Part shown: piece after piece, positions 41,580 through 57,200 of the stretch
Layout: each line of letters begins with the position of its first letter
How positions within the stretch are numbered: position 1 is the first letter of the stretch
NCBI RefSeq assembly: GCF_009914755.1
Contig: NC_060932.1
Length of the DNA: 64,000 bases
Strand: one strand, 5' to 3'
Source: the human T2T-CHM13v2.0 reference genome, Homo sapiens
Program-made: the position numbers and the translations under genes
Notes under the pieces: model-generated
Database searches by the model: none
What the model was told of the DNA's origin: nothing
Seen by the model: only the letters and a program-made list of their open reading frames with translations

Positions 41580-43210
41580 AGCACAAAGATTGAAACTTAA
41601 CATATGTAAAATTTTTAAAACATCATTTAGAATGTTGAGGAATACCAGTTTGGAATGGACAGTCACAAAAGAATCAAACTTTATTACACATTTGTGAAAC
41701 AATCACCAAAGGTGATGAGGGAAAGATGCTGACCTAAGTAACTTTTGGACATAAATGTAGTCTAAAAAAACTGCCCATAATCCCTGCACTATAGTTGACA
41801 AAGTTACTTCCCATGCGGGTATAGATGGGAACTATTCAAATGCCACTATACAGTCATGCACTGTTTAATGCCAAGAATGCATTCTGAGAAATACATTGTT
41901 AGGTTATCTTATCATTGTTTGAAATCGTAGAGTGCACTTACAAAGTTCTAGATGGTATTGCCTATTTCACATTTTGGGTACATGGTAGAGCCTATTGCTC
42001 CTAGGCTATACAGCTGTACAGCATGTTACTGTCCTGAATCCTGTAGGCAATTGTAACACATGATAAATATTTGTGTATTTAAGCATATCAAAACGTAGAA
42101 AAGGTACAGTAAAAATATGGTATTGTAATCTTATGGGACCATTTTGTACATGTGGTCTGTCCTTGACTGAGATGTTATTCTTTACACTGGAATGGAACAA
42201 TTAAATGAATAGATGACAGATGGTGCGAGGCAGGGTTCTCACTGTTGGTGCGGGAAGTTATGGACAAGCAAGGGGAGACTGAAAATGCCTATGAAGTATA
42301 AAATTGGAGCAGCTATATCAGCAGGAACTCATGTGTTGATCTACCTATAGATATGGTAGATATACATTAGAATGTATATAGACATGTCTATACGCACAAG
42401 TTAGGAAATACATGTATATCCTTGCTCTGCTTAGAGGACCTAGAAGCAAAAGCACATCAGTAAATTAGCACAATTACTATACTTTCTCAGTTTCTAATAT
42501 CATTCTCTTCGGAGAAATGGTTGATTCCAGAGTTGGAACAAGGAATATATAAGATGAACCTGGAGCATCTTGAAGCACCCCAAGTAAGGAAATGTTAAAA
42601 AAAAATGATGTCTTATGTCAAAGGAATTCAAATGCAGCTGAAAGATCTCCAAATGGCCCTAACTGAAATACTTCGAAATATTGTAGTGTTAAATTATAAT
42701 ACCAAGTATGATATAAATATTTTTAGTTCCAAATTGGTATAAATAATTGAATAAATAAATGAAGAGAAGAGACACATTTTTATGCAGAATAATTCCAAAT
42801 AATTTACTTCACTGTCACAGTGAAGTGTTACAGCTCCCCTCTCCCTATGTGTGGACTGCACGTAATCCACTCCTTCCAAAGAGTACAGGATGGAAGGGGA
42901 AAAACAGTAAGAGTAACTTTGCAGTGGAGAAAACTGACAAATACTATCTTAACCAGGAAATAAAGGTTAACATCCACAGAGACAAGTCATGTTGATAGCA
43001 GGTACCATTGATATTATGTGATGAAAATAGCACTTTGCCTCTGAGATCTTCATTCCAAAAAAAAAAAAGCCATATCTCTAGCCTCATCATGAGAAAAACA
43101 TTGGACAATTCTCAGTTGAAGGACATTCTATAGAAGATATGACCAGCATTCCTCAAAATTGTCAAGCTCAGCAAGAGTGAGTAAAACCTGAAACACTGTC
43201 ATGGTCTTAA
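41580..43210 (+). mobile_element. L1MC3-like long 3' UTR, split by Tigger3a
   Basis: GCTGACCTAAGTAACTTT, GAGGACCTAGAAGCAA, GGAGAAATGGTTGATTCCAG, GTAACTTTGCAGTGGAGAAA. Confidence 0.75.
41851..42178 (+). mobile_element. Tigger3a (MER7A-type) DNA transposon, right TIR eroded
   Basis: TA|CAGTCATGC...TTCTGAGAAAT...AGCCTATTGCTCCTAGGCTA...AGAAAAGGTACAGTAAAAATATGGTATT...CTTATGGGACCA. Confidence 0.88.
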
Positions 43211-43584
43211 TGAAATGCTCACCAACACAAGAAATGACACAGCCGAGTGCTTTTTGTGGAGGGCGAAAGGAAAAGCTCATGCAGTGGCATATTCATATTG
43301 GCACCTGCTTCAGGACATAAGCTATGTATTGTCCTTTGTCTCTAGAACGTCTCTAGAACGTCTGTGTTTGGGAGTGTATATGGTACAGTTGACCCATGAG
43401 AGTCTCATCATTTAATGTTATTAAATATTTTTTAATGTTATGCTTTATATTACAATCTACTAATTTCTAGATATGTGAGGAAATATTTTTTAGAGTCCTT
43501 AAACATTTAATAGGCAGTTTATGATTATTTATTGGAAAAAATTTTATGAGAAAATTAGGAAGGACATAGAGCCTAATTAGCAAC

Positions 43585-43892
<308 letters not shown>

Positions 43893-46549
43893 AATTAGCA
43901 ACAGATTTTATCAACACTCCCTTGGCCTCAAACTATGTTTAGGCTACAGGAAAACCACTGCTATTTTCCTCTTGAAATAACATAACTTTCCATGTCATGC
44001 AAGGTCAGCAAGATAAAACTTCTTTTGTGTTCTAATACCTTCAGGCAGAAACCTTCAGAAGTTTTCAAGTGTTGATCTCACTCTTGCAATTTTATTTTTG
44101 GAATAAGATATGCCACCAAAAAGGTGTCTTATTGGTACTCTGTCTAAATATAGCAACCTAAATGGAAAGGAGTCTTTATAGAAATACAACCAAGTATGCT
44201 ACAAGAAAAAGACCCCTAAATCTCAGACCCTTTGACAGAACATTTTTAAATAAATTCTTATTGCAATTAATCAATGTGTTTTAGACCACTGCTTTGCGAA
44301 AAATGCTATCATTATGTATATCATAATGTTTGTTTAGATAAGTAATGACATGCACATTGAATGCAGTGTGCAGAGTAGAAACATAAATCGAAGCATGACC
44401 TCTGATCTACATGTTTTGGATGATAGAATAGATGGATTCTATGATATATGCAACTGTCTGGATTAGAATTAAATATCATTTGCATAATTATGTCTTGGAT
44501 TTATTCTCTTTATTTTCTTACATACTTCAAAGATTGCTTGTGAAAGTCATATGGTTATTACATTTGTGTAACTTATAAAATTGATAAAAGATTTATAAGT
44601 TTTTCATTTTAATTATCATACAAAGCCAGCTGTTTGGAGACTCTGTTTGCAAAACAAAGTGTCGTATTTTACATTAGATTATTAATGAAAAAAACAGCAG
44701 AAGATGGTAGAAGGGACACCTGGGTGGACTTCTGCTATAGTGAACTAGCAAAAATTATGTTACATTTAAGTGTTAAAGTTAATTGTATATTAGTCACTAA
44801 AATAGTTTTCATATTTGGAGGTTAAAATCGCTAATTATAGCACTTATTTTGTTCATATGGATATCTGCTTATTGTTTTAGTTTTCAAGACTTACTTCATT
44901 TAAACATTTGAAACACTGAAGCTCTTCACTCAGAACCCCTACCAGAAAAATGCAGTGTCCAACAGGGCAAACAGAGGGGATTTGGTTCAGTGGTAGGACA
45001 GTGCACAAAGCACGTTTCATCCAGCTTGAGCAGTGGGTCCAATAGCATGGCTCTGAGTCCCCAGGGATAGTAAGTCCTCAGATAGCAACAGTGACAAAAG
45101 ATGGAGGTTTCAGAATCTACCCCCACAGAATGGCTGAAAAAGAACTGCTTGAGCCTCCAATTCCAGCTGGTTTAGATTTAAGAAGGTGTTGAAGAAAAAA
45201 GGCACAATGAGGTGTAGAATTTAGGGTTTAGTTCCCAATGCCACTGGCTAATGTTGATTGCAGAAATCACAAATCAGCTCTGCAAGCCATAGAAATTCTA
45301 GATCCAAACCTTATCAGGATTACTACATACTACAGAAGGTGATTACTACAGAAGGTGATGCTGGCTCATTCTCTTTCTCTGTCTCTGTCTCTCCCCCTCT
45401 CTCTCTCTTTCTCTCCCTTCTTCCCTCCCATTCCTCAGCATTCATCTCCAGAGATTGTTTTTTACTGCATATGAAGTTTGAGTCAGTCCTGCTTGAATAC
45501 TTCTCTGACCCTAAGTGGCATGAAGAGGGAAACACAGCCTTGTTGTTCCTGAGCCTCAAGGAGAATCACTTGGGTCCTTTAAGTTGCTCTTACATGGAAT
45601 GGTTTTGATTTTGATAGATTAACTTTCATGTTATTGGATGGTTGGAAAAAATTCAGGTGTAAGAGGAAACATTAGTGAAAATATTTGATGAATATCTGTA
45701 GCACTCCCTAAGTTACCTATTTCTGATTCATTCTGATTTACCAGGAGAATACCTGATAATCTAGGAAAAAGTTTCCATGAATGCCTGTGCCCATAATACG
45801 CTCTTCCTGGGACTTCTCCAGTGGCAGAGAAGCCACTGGATATTCAGGATCCTGACAAACAGGGCAAATAACATTTCAAGACTGCCTTCAGCATTAGCTA
45901 AAGTGACTTGTTAGGAAAACAGAAACAAAACAAAACAAAAACAAAAACTAAAAAGTTCTGTTCAAACATAATTTAAGATTAATAAAAGAAATTAATCTAA
46001 TTAACTGTCTCTAGTATTTGTCTTGAATTATTTTTAAGATGATAGTAAAGAAATTGTAAAAGCCATCTCTTGTCACCTTAAAATGTACGACCTGAAGTAT
46101 AAGACAGTTTGACTAAATGTGTGATTCTTTTGAAACCAGTAGGTAACCATGATTGCCTGTGGCTTTATTAACCCATAATCTAATCTTATTAACATGTAAA
46201 TTAAAATCTGTTCTAAATTGCTTTACATCAAAAGGACTGTGGAGGAGGAGAAAGAAAAGTTATCTCTGAAATCAGAAGTTCACATCAGTTTCCTCTGAAC
46301 ATGGATTGAACCTAGTGCCAAACAGGGTGCAACCATTATCTGCTTAATTCCAAGTAAAAGAAAAAGAGAAATTAAAGCATAAAATCAAAATAGTTTTAGG
46401 CAGCATTTTCAAATGGACTGGGGAGAACCCTGTCACAGATAACATGGGGAAGAAAGTAAGAAAGAAACCAGATGTACAAGCTCAGGCTCCACCACCACTT
46501 TTCGTCATCTGCTCAAAAAGTGCTTTGTTTTGAACACTTTGTTTCACGG

Positions 46550-46615
46550 ATGATAGAGTAGATAGATAGATGATAGATAGATAGATAGATAGATAAATAG
46601 ATAGCTAGCTAGATA
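46550..46615. repeat. (GATA)n microsatellite
   Basis: Directly visible. Confidence 0.92.
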
Positions 46616-46645
46616 GAACATTTTCAAACCACTGCCAACCATTCA

Positions 46646-46731
46646 AACATCTTTTTTGTTTGGTGATCTTTCTGTTTGGTGATCACAAAGCCATTGTCTT
46701 GTGTGAACAGATCACCAAACAAAAAGATGTT
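46646..46731. repeat. Short inverted repeat (hairpin) with a ~23-bp stem
   Basis: AACATCTTTTTTGTTTGGTGATCT ... AGATCACCAAACAAAAAGATGTT. Confidence 0.92.
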
Positions 46732-47984
46732 ATTTCATTGCCTACAAATGTATAACCAGATCTTTCGTATTGTCTTTCCAAAAGTGAGGGAACTCTTCTA
46801 ATGTCTTAAAAATAAATAACCATGACTCACCTTTGGCTTTCTGTCCCCCAAGCAAAATTGGTGGAATGGGCCTCAATTTTGAAAATTAATGGGAATTAGT
46901 TGTGCCTTCTCATAGTTCCTCTGCAGAGGGCTTAATGGGAGAGTACCACCATCAGGGAAAACAAAGACATTTTTGTAAATTGCATTTTTCCTCTAAATTC
47001 AGCTGATCATGACAATTTTAATATCAATACTAATTTCAAATTGAAATACATCCCAGATCAGGGATTTTTGCCTCAGGATAATATGTAAAAGATTAATGTA
47101 CCCACAAACAGCAATGGAAAAGCCAGATAAATTTAGAAATCATATACTGAAGGCTGCAATGAGCTGTCAAAATTGTGAAAACTAGATAGACTAAAATTCT
47201 AGAAATAGGAGAAATATTTCAAGATGAGCAGAGGAAAAAGCATTTGTACCAATGCCAGGGCCTGGGCTAAATGACATGGGTTGAAAACTGGCAAAGGAAA
47301 AATATAATTACTAGAAAAAAATACTAAACTGCTTGAGGTCAGGAGGGTTGAGTATGGAGATTTGAGGAGCCACCATCACGTGAACAGTTCTTACAAGACA
47401 CTACTGAACCCTTAGATTGTGCAAGAGGCTTCAAAACTATCCTGAAAACTCTCAGAAATCAGAAAATCCTGTGTTCCCATGATGTTCAGAAAACAAAGAA
47501 AAGATAAGCACTGTCCTGAAAGAAAATAGGTGAATCATAGTGGGAGTGGTGAATTGGCATGGAGGACCTGCAGTCACTTTTACCAAAAGGAACTTCGAAT
47601 TCTGGGTATAGCTAGAAGATGCAAGACTGGGCCCTCAAATCCTAGACAATGGCACTGCTGCAGGACAGAAAAAGACCAGGTGTAGTGGTACTCACCTGGG
47701 CTAAAGTGAGATGAGACTTAAGCTCAAAAGTAGTCAGTTTTTAACTCAACGTAATGACAAAATTAGAAGCTTTGTAAAGTGGAATCATAAAGAGTTAACT
47801 TTAAATTCTTGAAAGGAAGAGCTGATTTTTCCATAGTCCTTTAAGGCTCAAGAGACAAAAACCTGCCAAACTTTCACTTGAAGGACCTAGAAGACTACCA
47901 CCTAAAAGAGAACTAATTAAAGGCAGACTGAGTTTTAGGAAAACTACTACTGTGTCTTGATCCAGCCCCATTATAAATTGGATA

Positions 47985-49010
47985 CCATAGCTAGACAAAG
48001 ACATCATAAAAAAAGAATACTACAGGCCAATATCCATAATGAATACAGATGGAAAAAATCCTCAACAAAATACTAACAAACCAAATTTAACAACACATTA
48101 AAAAAAATTATTCACAGGCTGGACACAGGGGCTCACGCCTGTAATCCCAGCACTTTGGGAGGCTGATGCAGGCAGATCACCTGAGGTCAGTTGTTCAAGA
48201 CCAGCCTGGTCAACATGGTGAAACCTTGTCTCTATTAAAAATACAAAATTTAGCCAGGCATGGTGGCGTGCGCCTGTAATCCTAGCTACTTGGGAGGCTG
48301 AGGCAGGAGAATCACTTGAACCTGAGAGGCGGAGGCTGCAGTGAGCCAAGATTGCACCACTGACTGGGTGATAGAGTGAGACTCCATCTCAAAAAAAAAA
48401 AAATAATAATAATTCACTATAATCAAGTGGGATTCATTCCTTGAATGTAAAGATGGTTCGACATACACAAATCAATAAGTGTGATATACTACACTAAGAG
48501 AATGAAGGCCAAAAACTATACAATCATCTCAGATGAAGAAAAAGCATTAGACAAAATTCAACATCTTTTCAAAATAAAAACACTCAACCAATTAGGTATA
48601 GACGTACAACAAAGTTTTAGTAATTAAAACAGCATGGTACTGGCATAAAAAACACATTGAACAATGGAATGGTATGAGTAGCCAAGAAATGAACCCACAC
48701 TTATACAGTCAATTGATTTTTCATAAAGGTGCCAAGTATACACATTGGGAAAAGAAAAGTCTCTTTAAAAAGGATTGGGAAAACTAGATGGCCACATGCT
48801 CAAAAATGAAATTGTGCCTTTATCTCATACTCTATACAAAAATCAACTCAAAATGGATTAAAGACAAACATAAGAGCTGAAACTGGAAAACTACTAGAAG
48901 AAAACATAGAAGAAAAACAGTACACCAGGCAAAAATTTTTTAGATTTGACTCCAAACGCACAGGCAACAAAAGCAAAAATAAACAAATGGGACTGCATCA
49001 AACTAAAATA
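47985..49010 (+). mobile_element. L1M ORF2 fragments, split by an AluS
   Basis: ACAAAGACATCATAAAAAAAGAATACTACAGGCCAATATCC...CAAGTGGGATTCATTCC...AATCAACTCAAAATGGATTAAAGAC. Confidence 0.88.
48117..48411 (+). mobile_element. AluS (Sx-like)
   Basis: Full dimer; ATTCAC-containing TSD on both sides. Confidence 0.93.
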
Positions 49011-49147
49011 CTATGATTTTTATACACTGTCTAGAATGTAGTGAAAAAAGAAGTATAGCATTAAAAAGGAAGATCATGTGATCAACAGTAAGAGAAACAA
49101 AACAGAAAACAGGAGCAGAGCCACAGATAATTCAGGTATTTAAATTA

Positions 49148-49510
<363 letters not shown>

Positions 49511-49848
49511 AATAGACAGTTTGATTAAAACAATAAGAAATGAAATCATAGAATTTAAATCAATGAAAAATACATTTAAATCTAGAAATAAATAAATACA
49601 ATATTTGAAATAGTTTGCTGAGTGAATTTGAAAGCAGATTGAACATGCTTTGAACAAATAATTTAACTGGAATATAAGACTATAGAAAACGCGGTCACTG
49701 AATCTGAAATAGAAGAAATAACAAAATACATAATAGAATAGATTGTCAGAGATATTAAAATCATGCTCAAAGGGTCAAACATATTTGAGCCCACGACCTT
49801 CAAAGACACACAAGTAAGACTTAGAGGTGACAGAATGACAAGCCATAG

Positions 49849-52069
49849 TGATGGCAACACGGGCCCTTCACAGTGCGGAGGCGCGGGTGGTGGTGGCAGG
49901 AGCGGCTGGGGGAGCAGCAATGGCTCGGTGGGTCTCCCGTGCCCCGCGTCCCGGAAGCAGCCGACTGAGCTGCCCCCACTGTCCGGCAGCTGGGCTGACC
50001 TCATGGGATCCGCCTCCCCCCACCACCCCACCGCCCCCCCACCCCCACCAACCTTCCCCGCCCAGAGCCCAGAGCTTCTGCAGTCTGGACCCTGGCCCCA
50101 CGTCACCTCTCTCATTGGCCTTTGCTGAAGGGAGGGTGCAGGGAGGAGGCAGAGCTGGGGCCATGCTTCCAGGCGGTGCAGGAAGTGGGAGCGGCACCAC
50201 TTCGGGGACCTGGCCCGTGCGTTGGTGCCAGGTTCCTGCGCCTCAGGGGAGGCTCTGCTCAGGGCCACCCAGGGCTGCGTCCCCAGGTCCGCCCCTCATC
50301 AGGGTGACCACCAGGCCTGATACTCTACATGGCAGGGCCTGGGCCCACAATCTGCTCCCAGAGACTCCCCGGGCAGGGCTGAAAGATGAGTAAGGCGGGG
50401 TAAGGGGGAGCTCGATACCAGGGAGACAGGGGAGCTCACATAGACGTTGTCCCTTCCCAGGACACCAACCTGGGGCCAAGCGAGGACCTGGAGCCCCTGC
50501 CCCAAGCTGCAAAGGGGTATGACCGGGGCTGCACACTCAATGGAACCAGCTGGAAGCCGGAGGCAGGCCGCAGCTCTGCCCTCCTGTGCAAGTCAGGACT
50601 GTGGCCTTGAGCCTCTCTGCACTCTTGGGCACCTGGAAACCACCCCCACCCCTTGCCCTTGCAGGCTCAGAGGTGTCTGCTCCCACTGCCAGGCCTCTCT
50701 CTACTCCTGGAGCCCACTCCAATTTCAGGGTAATGTTGGGGTTGAGCCTGGGTGCTGTCACAGCCCAGCTGGGTGTGTGCACACTTGGGCTCTGCTGCCT
50801 CGGCCCCCTCCAGACTTTGAGCACTGACAAGCATGACGGGGGTGGACCGGGGTGGAAGCAGGGGAGAGAGGTGCAGGTGTAAGGAGCCTGGGCACCATGG
50901 ATGGTGGCAAGAGGCAGATGGGCTCCTGGGAAAAAGGGGGTGGGGCCCAAGAGAGGCCCCTCCTTCAGGCCAGGGAGGGCCTGGAAGCTGTGGACCAGGC
51001 TGCCAGTCCCGCAGACTGGAGTGGGGACTTGTGGGGTCTTCTCTTGGCCGCCCATGGCCGCACATGGACCAATCATTGCACACTTCCTACCCTCTGAAGT
51101 CTATAAAAGCCTGGGGCTCAGCCAGAGCAGAGGATGGACAAACAAGGGACAATCAGCTGCAGAGAGCACTTACCCTCTCAGCAGAGAGCTGCAGACAGGA
51201 CAACCTGCCTGCAGAGAAGAGCCACCTTATCTAGGGCCTCCTCCCTGCCAAGCAGATGGGAGGACCAGCTACAGAGAGGTGGTACTCTCTCTGCTGAGAA
51301 CTGAACACTTGTAGAAATGATAGGCCTGCAGAGTGCAACTACCCTGTCTGCTAGGAGCTAAACACTTGTCAGGACACCCTGGCTACAGACAGGAGTTGCC
51401 CACTGAAGGTCTTCTCTGAGCTGTTCTATTGCTCAATAAAGCTCCTCTTCATCTTGCTCACCCTCCATTTGTCTCCTCATTTTTCCTGGGAGCAGCACAA
51501 GAACTCAGGACCCGCGGAATGGCGAGGCTAAAAGAGCTGCTGTAACACAGACAGGACAGAAATATGCCCCTTGCTTGCCGTGTTGTGAGTGAAGAGGAGT
51601 GAAGAGCTGTAGCCCTTTGGGGAGCCCAGACCTGGGAGTTCCCCAAGCCAGGGCTGTGATTACCTCTTTGGGACCCGGTAGTTTCTGGTATCGCCAACCT
51701 TCCGGGTGCCACCGCATTCCCTGGTGCTAGCCAGGGAAGATGCCTGCAGTGTGCCTGGTACCGCCACAGCCTCACAGAGAGCTGGCACCCATGCGAACAC
51801 CTGGAACTGCTTGCCCCCTGGCAGCAGCCAGTGTGTCTGACTGTGCAATAGCCAGACCCCATGCTCTCTTACACACAGCCCTCGACACTCCATGCCTGAC
51901 TCCAGTCTCCCTTGGTGGTATGGGATCCAGGCTGGTAGCATGAGCTGAACACAGCCTGCCAGATAGAGTGGGCAGAACAGGCCCAGTGGGCCCAAGAAAA
52001 ACCTGGGCAAAGGCACCACTGGCCACAGGTTTTCAGGCAGCAAAGTGACACCTCAAAGAGACTGTAACA
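49849..52069 (+). mobile_element. Very long GC-rich solo LTR, MER52 family (MER52D-like, ~2.2 kb, ERV1)
   Basis: TGATGGCA start and TGTAACA end; flanks ATAG/AGAG; TATAAAA at 51102; GCTCAATAAAGCTCCTCTTCATCTTGCTCACCCTCCA polyA region; GAGCTGTAGCCCTTTGGGGAGCCCAGACCT U5. Confidence 0.9.
51060..51440 (+). promoter_or_regulatory. LTR core promoter and polyA signal of MER52
   Basis: CCAAT at ~51069, TATAAAA at 51102-51108 and AATAAA at 51435-51440, in canonical LTR order. Activity is unknown. Confidence 0.55.
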
Positions 52070-52616
52070 AGAGGAAAATGGAATGAAAAATAGGGAGAAC
52101 TGGACCAAAAAAAAAAAAAAAGCCACTTTAAAATTCTACACCAAGCAAAAGTATCTTCCAAAATAAAGTTGATTGATTTCAGGAACCAAAACTGAAGCAA
52201 ATTTATATAATCAGTTCTGCACTAAAAAGCAAATTAAAAGAGTATATCAGACAAGAGAAAAAAGGGCCAGATGGAAACAAGAAAATGCAGGAAGAAATAA
52301 AGTACGCAAAGAAAGAATGAGAAGGTTAATATATATAAATGAACACTGATTGTACTAAACAAAAAAAGTAATGCTCCGTGTAGGTTGAAATTCATTGATA
52401 ACTAAAGTGCATGGCAACAACATGGAAAGAGAGAGAGAAAGCAAATGATATAAATGTAAATTCAAGTAGAAGTGAGTATATGGTAAAAATAGTAACTTGT
52501 TTTAAACAATTCAAGCCAAGAATCAATGCTGTCATCTCTAGATAACCAATTAAGGAAGAAGAAAATATAGCTAACAAAATCATAGAGAATGAGAACAAAA
52601 TACTAAAAGTAACATG

Positions 52617-53029
<413 letters not shown>

Positions 53030-53058
53030 TTAATAATGAGGAGGAAAAGAGTTAAAGT

Positions 53059-53403
<345 letters not shown>

Positions 53404-54254
53404 TTAAGGATCAAAGTTATTAAGATAGTCACTAAAAGAAGAGTAAAGAATGTATAGCTAAAAGGTTACTAAATAATAGGAATGGAATGCTAAAAATAAT
53501 GTTTCATCAGTATGAAAGAAGTGAAGGAACAAAAGTGGAACATAAATAGATTTGTCAAGTATAAAGCTAATAATAAAACTAAGTTCAGAAATAGGCATTT
53601 AATGTACATAATAAAGAGAACAATTCAACAGAAAGTAATACAACCTAGAATAATTTTCACTGAAAAACTTGACTTCAAAATTGTTTAAAAACTCCCAAAA
53701 TGAGAAAAATAAATCTGAAATCATTGTGAGAGCTTTCACGTAACTAATAGCTCACCAGATCAACAGAAAATATATGAGTAAGGACATAGGAATTGAGTAC
53801 CACAATTACAAAATAATTTAATTAATATATTTAATACATAATGGAAATGAATTCACATTTTTAAAGTACAAATGAGAAATTTACCACATAAAGAAAATAA
53901 CTGCAAAGTTCAAAGAATCAGAAACATTTAATGTATCATTTTTATCACAATTAAATTAATGCAGAAATTAATAATTTAAAAAGACCATAACTTAACAAAG
54001 TATTCTTAAATAAGTCATAATTCAAATGTAAAATCGACAGATGAAATAAAAACTAAGAAATGTAGAGTCAAAGAAATAAACAATTGAGAAGAAAATGCAG
54101 TAAAATATGTAAATACATATCTACTAATGTATTAAACATAATGTAGTATACAGATGTAGATAGATATCTAAAAATAGGTATGATAGAGAAAAAGAGCAAA
54201 GTTAAAGTAGTTTCCTTAAAAAGAGTAGTAAAATTGACATTGTCCAAGGTAACC

Positions 54255-57200
54255 GTATTGTAGGGCTACAAAACAAGTCTCAATAAATTTAAAAGGACTG
54301 AAACAATACAAAACATCTTATCTGACCAGTGTAATGAAGCTTGAAATCAATAACATAAGGAATAATGGAGAACTCACAAATATTTGAAAATTACACAAGA
54401 TGTTCTTAAACAACCAATGGGTCAAAGAAAAAAAATCACCAGGAAAATTAGAAAATAGAGATGAGTGAAGTGGTGACACAGCATGCCAAATTTCTGAGCT
54501 GCAGCAAAAACAGTAGAGTTCAGAGAGAAATTTATAGCAGTAAACAGGCATATTTTAAAAAGAAAGAAAAACATCAAATCAATAACCAACTTTACATACA
54601 CCTAAAGGAAATAACATTTTAAAAAATACAAACTAAACCCAAAGCTAACAGAAGGAAGGAAATAATAAAGATTAGAACAAAGGTAAACAAAATAGGAAAA
54701 AGGAAAGCAGTAAGAGGATTAATGAACCTAAAAATTGGTTTCTTGAGAAGATTAGCAAAATTACAAGCTTTAGTTTGACTGTCCAAAAAATAAATAAATA
54801 CAAAATACACAAATAACTAAAATCAGAAATAGAAGTGGGACAGTGACAGTCAGATTTTTTTAAAAAGATTATAAGAGAACACTATAAGAAATTATATGCA
54901 TCATCAGGCCATGCGCTTTGGCTCACACCTGCAATCCCAGCACTTTGGGAGGCCGAGGATGGTGGATCACAAGGTCAGGAGATCAAGACTATCATGGCTA
55001 ACAAGGTGAAACCCGTCTCTACTAAAAATACAAAAAATTAGCCGGGCATGGTGGCGGGTACCTGAAGTCCCAGCTACTGGGAGGCTGAGGCAGGAGAATG
55101 GCGTGAACCCGGGAGGCGGGGCTTGCAGTGAGCCGAGATTGTGCCACTGCACTCCAGCCCGGGCGACAGAGCGAGACTCCATCTCCAAAATAACTAACTA
55201 ACTAACTAAATAAATAAACAGAAATTATATGCATCAAATTTAACAGCCAAAATGGCATGGTCAAATTTTTTAAAATATGTAAATTACCGAAACAGACTCA
55301 AGAAGAAAGAGAAGGTCCGAATTGATCTATAACAAGTAAACAGATTGAATCAGTAATGAAAAATATCAAACAAAGAAAAGACCAGGTGGCTTTACTTGTG
55401 AATTTTACCAAATACTTAAAGAATTAACAACAATCTTTCTCAAACTCTTTCAAAAACTACAAAAGGAGGGAACACTTCCTCACACAGTCTATAACACTTC
55501 CTCACACAATCTTTAAGACCCTGATACTAACCCAGAAAAGAATATATTAAAAAAAAATCAGAGATCAATATTTTATATGAATATAGATGCATAGTTCCTG
55601 AACAAAATACCAGTAAACTGACTCCAATAGCATATTCAAATGATTATAACCAATGACCAGGTAGAATCTGTCCTAGGAGTGCAAGGGTTCAACATATGAA
55701 AATCAATCATTGTAATGCACCATAATTATAGAACAGAGGGGAAAAAAAGCACACATCATCTCAATTAACTAAGAATAGTCATTTGACAAAATCCTTCATA
55801 TTAAAAACAGTCACCCTCCCTCCGGCCCCTGCCGGAGAATACAGAACTGAGACCCCAAAGAGAATAATCTCAACATGATAAACTACATTTATAGAAGCCC
55901 ACAGCTAGCATCACACTCAGTGGTGAAAGTCTACAAGCTTTCCCCCATGATCAGGAACAAGATGAAGATGCCCACTTTTACTAATGTTATTCAATATTTT
56001 TACTGGAAGATTTAGTGAGAACAACCGGGCAAAAAAAATAAACAAATATAATCAAAATTGGAAAGGAAGAAGTAAAACTATCTTTATTTACAGATAAGTG
56101 ATCCTACACACAGAAAATTCCAAAGATTCCTCAGGAAGATTGCTAGAGCTAATAAAAAAATTCAGTAAGTTTCAGAGTACAAAATCAACATGGAAATATC
56201 AGCTGTGATTTTGTTCAACGGCCATGAAGAGTCTGCAAAGGATATTGAGAGCAATTACATTCATAGTAGCATCTAAAAGATTATACCTGGGAATAAATTT
56301 CACCAAGGAAGTGAAGTACGTGCACACTGAAAATTACAAAACATTACTGAAATAGATTTAAGAAGCCTAAGTAAATGGAAAGACATCCTGTGTTGATGAA
56401 TAGGAAGACTTACTATTAAGACACAGAATACCTATTAAATTTCCTATGGCTTTTTTTGCAAAAATAGAAAAGCCATTGCTTAAATTAATATGAAACTTTG
56501 TAAAAGAACAAAGTTGAATACTTACTTCCCTGATTTCAAAATTTACTGCAAAGTGAAAGTAATCGTAACAGTGTGATACTGGTAAAAACAGAGACATGAG
56601 ACCCATGGAACAGAATTGTAAACCCAGAAATAATCCCGTACATCTGTGACCAGCTGATTTTCGACAAGGATATCATGAACACTCAATGGGTAAAGCATAG
56701 TATTTTCAACAAATGGTGTTGGCACAACTGGATTCCACATGCAAATGAATGAAGTTGGACATCTACCTCATATCATATATAATAATTAACTAAAAATAAA
56801 TAGATGACCTATATATAAGATAATAACATATGATGCTTAGGAGAAAATATAGGGGTAAATGAATCTTCGTGACCTTCGATTTAGAAGTGGATTTTTAGAT
56901 ATGATACCAAAAACAAAATAAATAAATATTAGATAAATAGAACTTCATAAAAACTTTTAAAAACCTTTTATGTAGCAAATAACCTTATTTTAAAAAGTGA
57001 AAAAAAACAGCAACAACCTACAGGATGGGAGAAAACATTTGCTAATCACATAGCTGATTCTATAGCTAATCATATAGCTGAGTTGAATACCAGAATGTGT
57101 AAATGACTCCCACAAGTCAATAACAAAAAGATAAACAACCTAATTTAAAAATGGGCAAAAGGCTTGAATAGACACTTCTCATAAGATATACAAATGATTT

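Noticed and set aside
45817-45840. 9-bp perfect hairpin TCCAGTGGC/GCCACTGGA
   Set aside because: Too short to be significant in 64 kb; it may belong to a decayed hAT-type MITE.
49663-52126. Dense cluster of overlapping ORFs up to 201 aa, resembling a gene or CpG-island first exon
   Set aside because: They lie in or overlap the GC-rich MER52 LTR, where stops are rare in all six frames; no recognisable domain.
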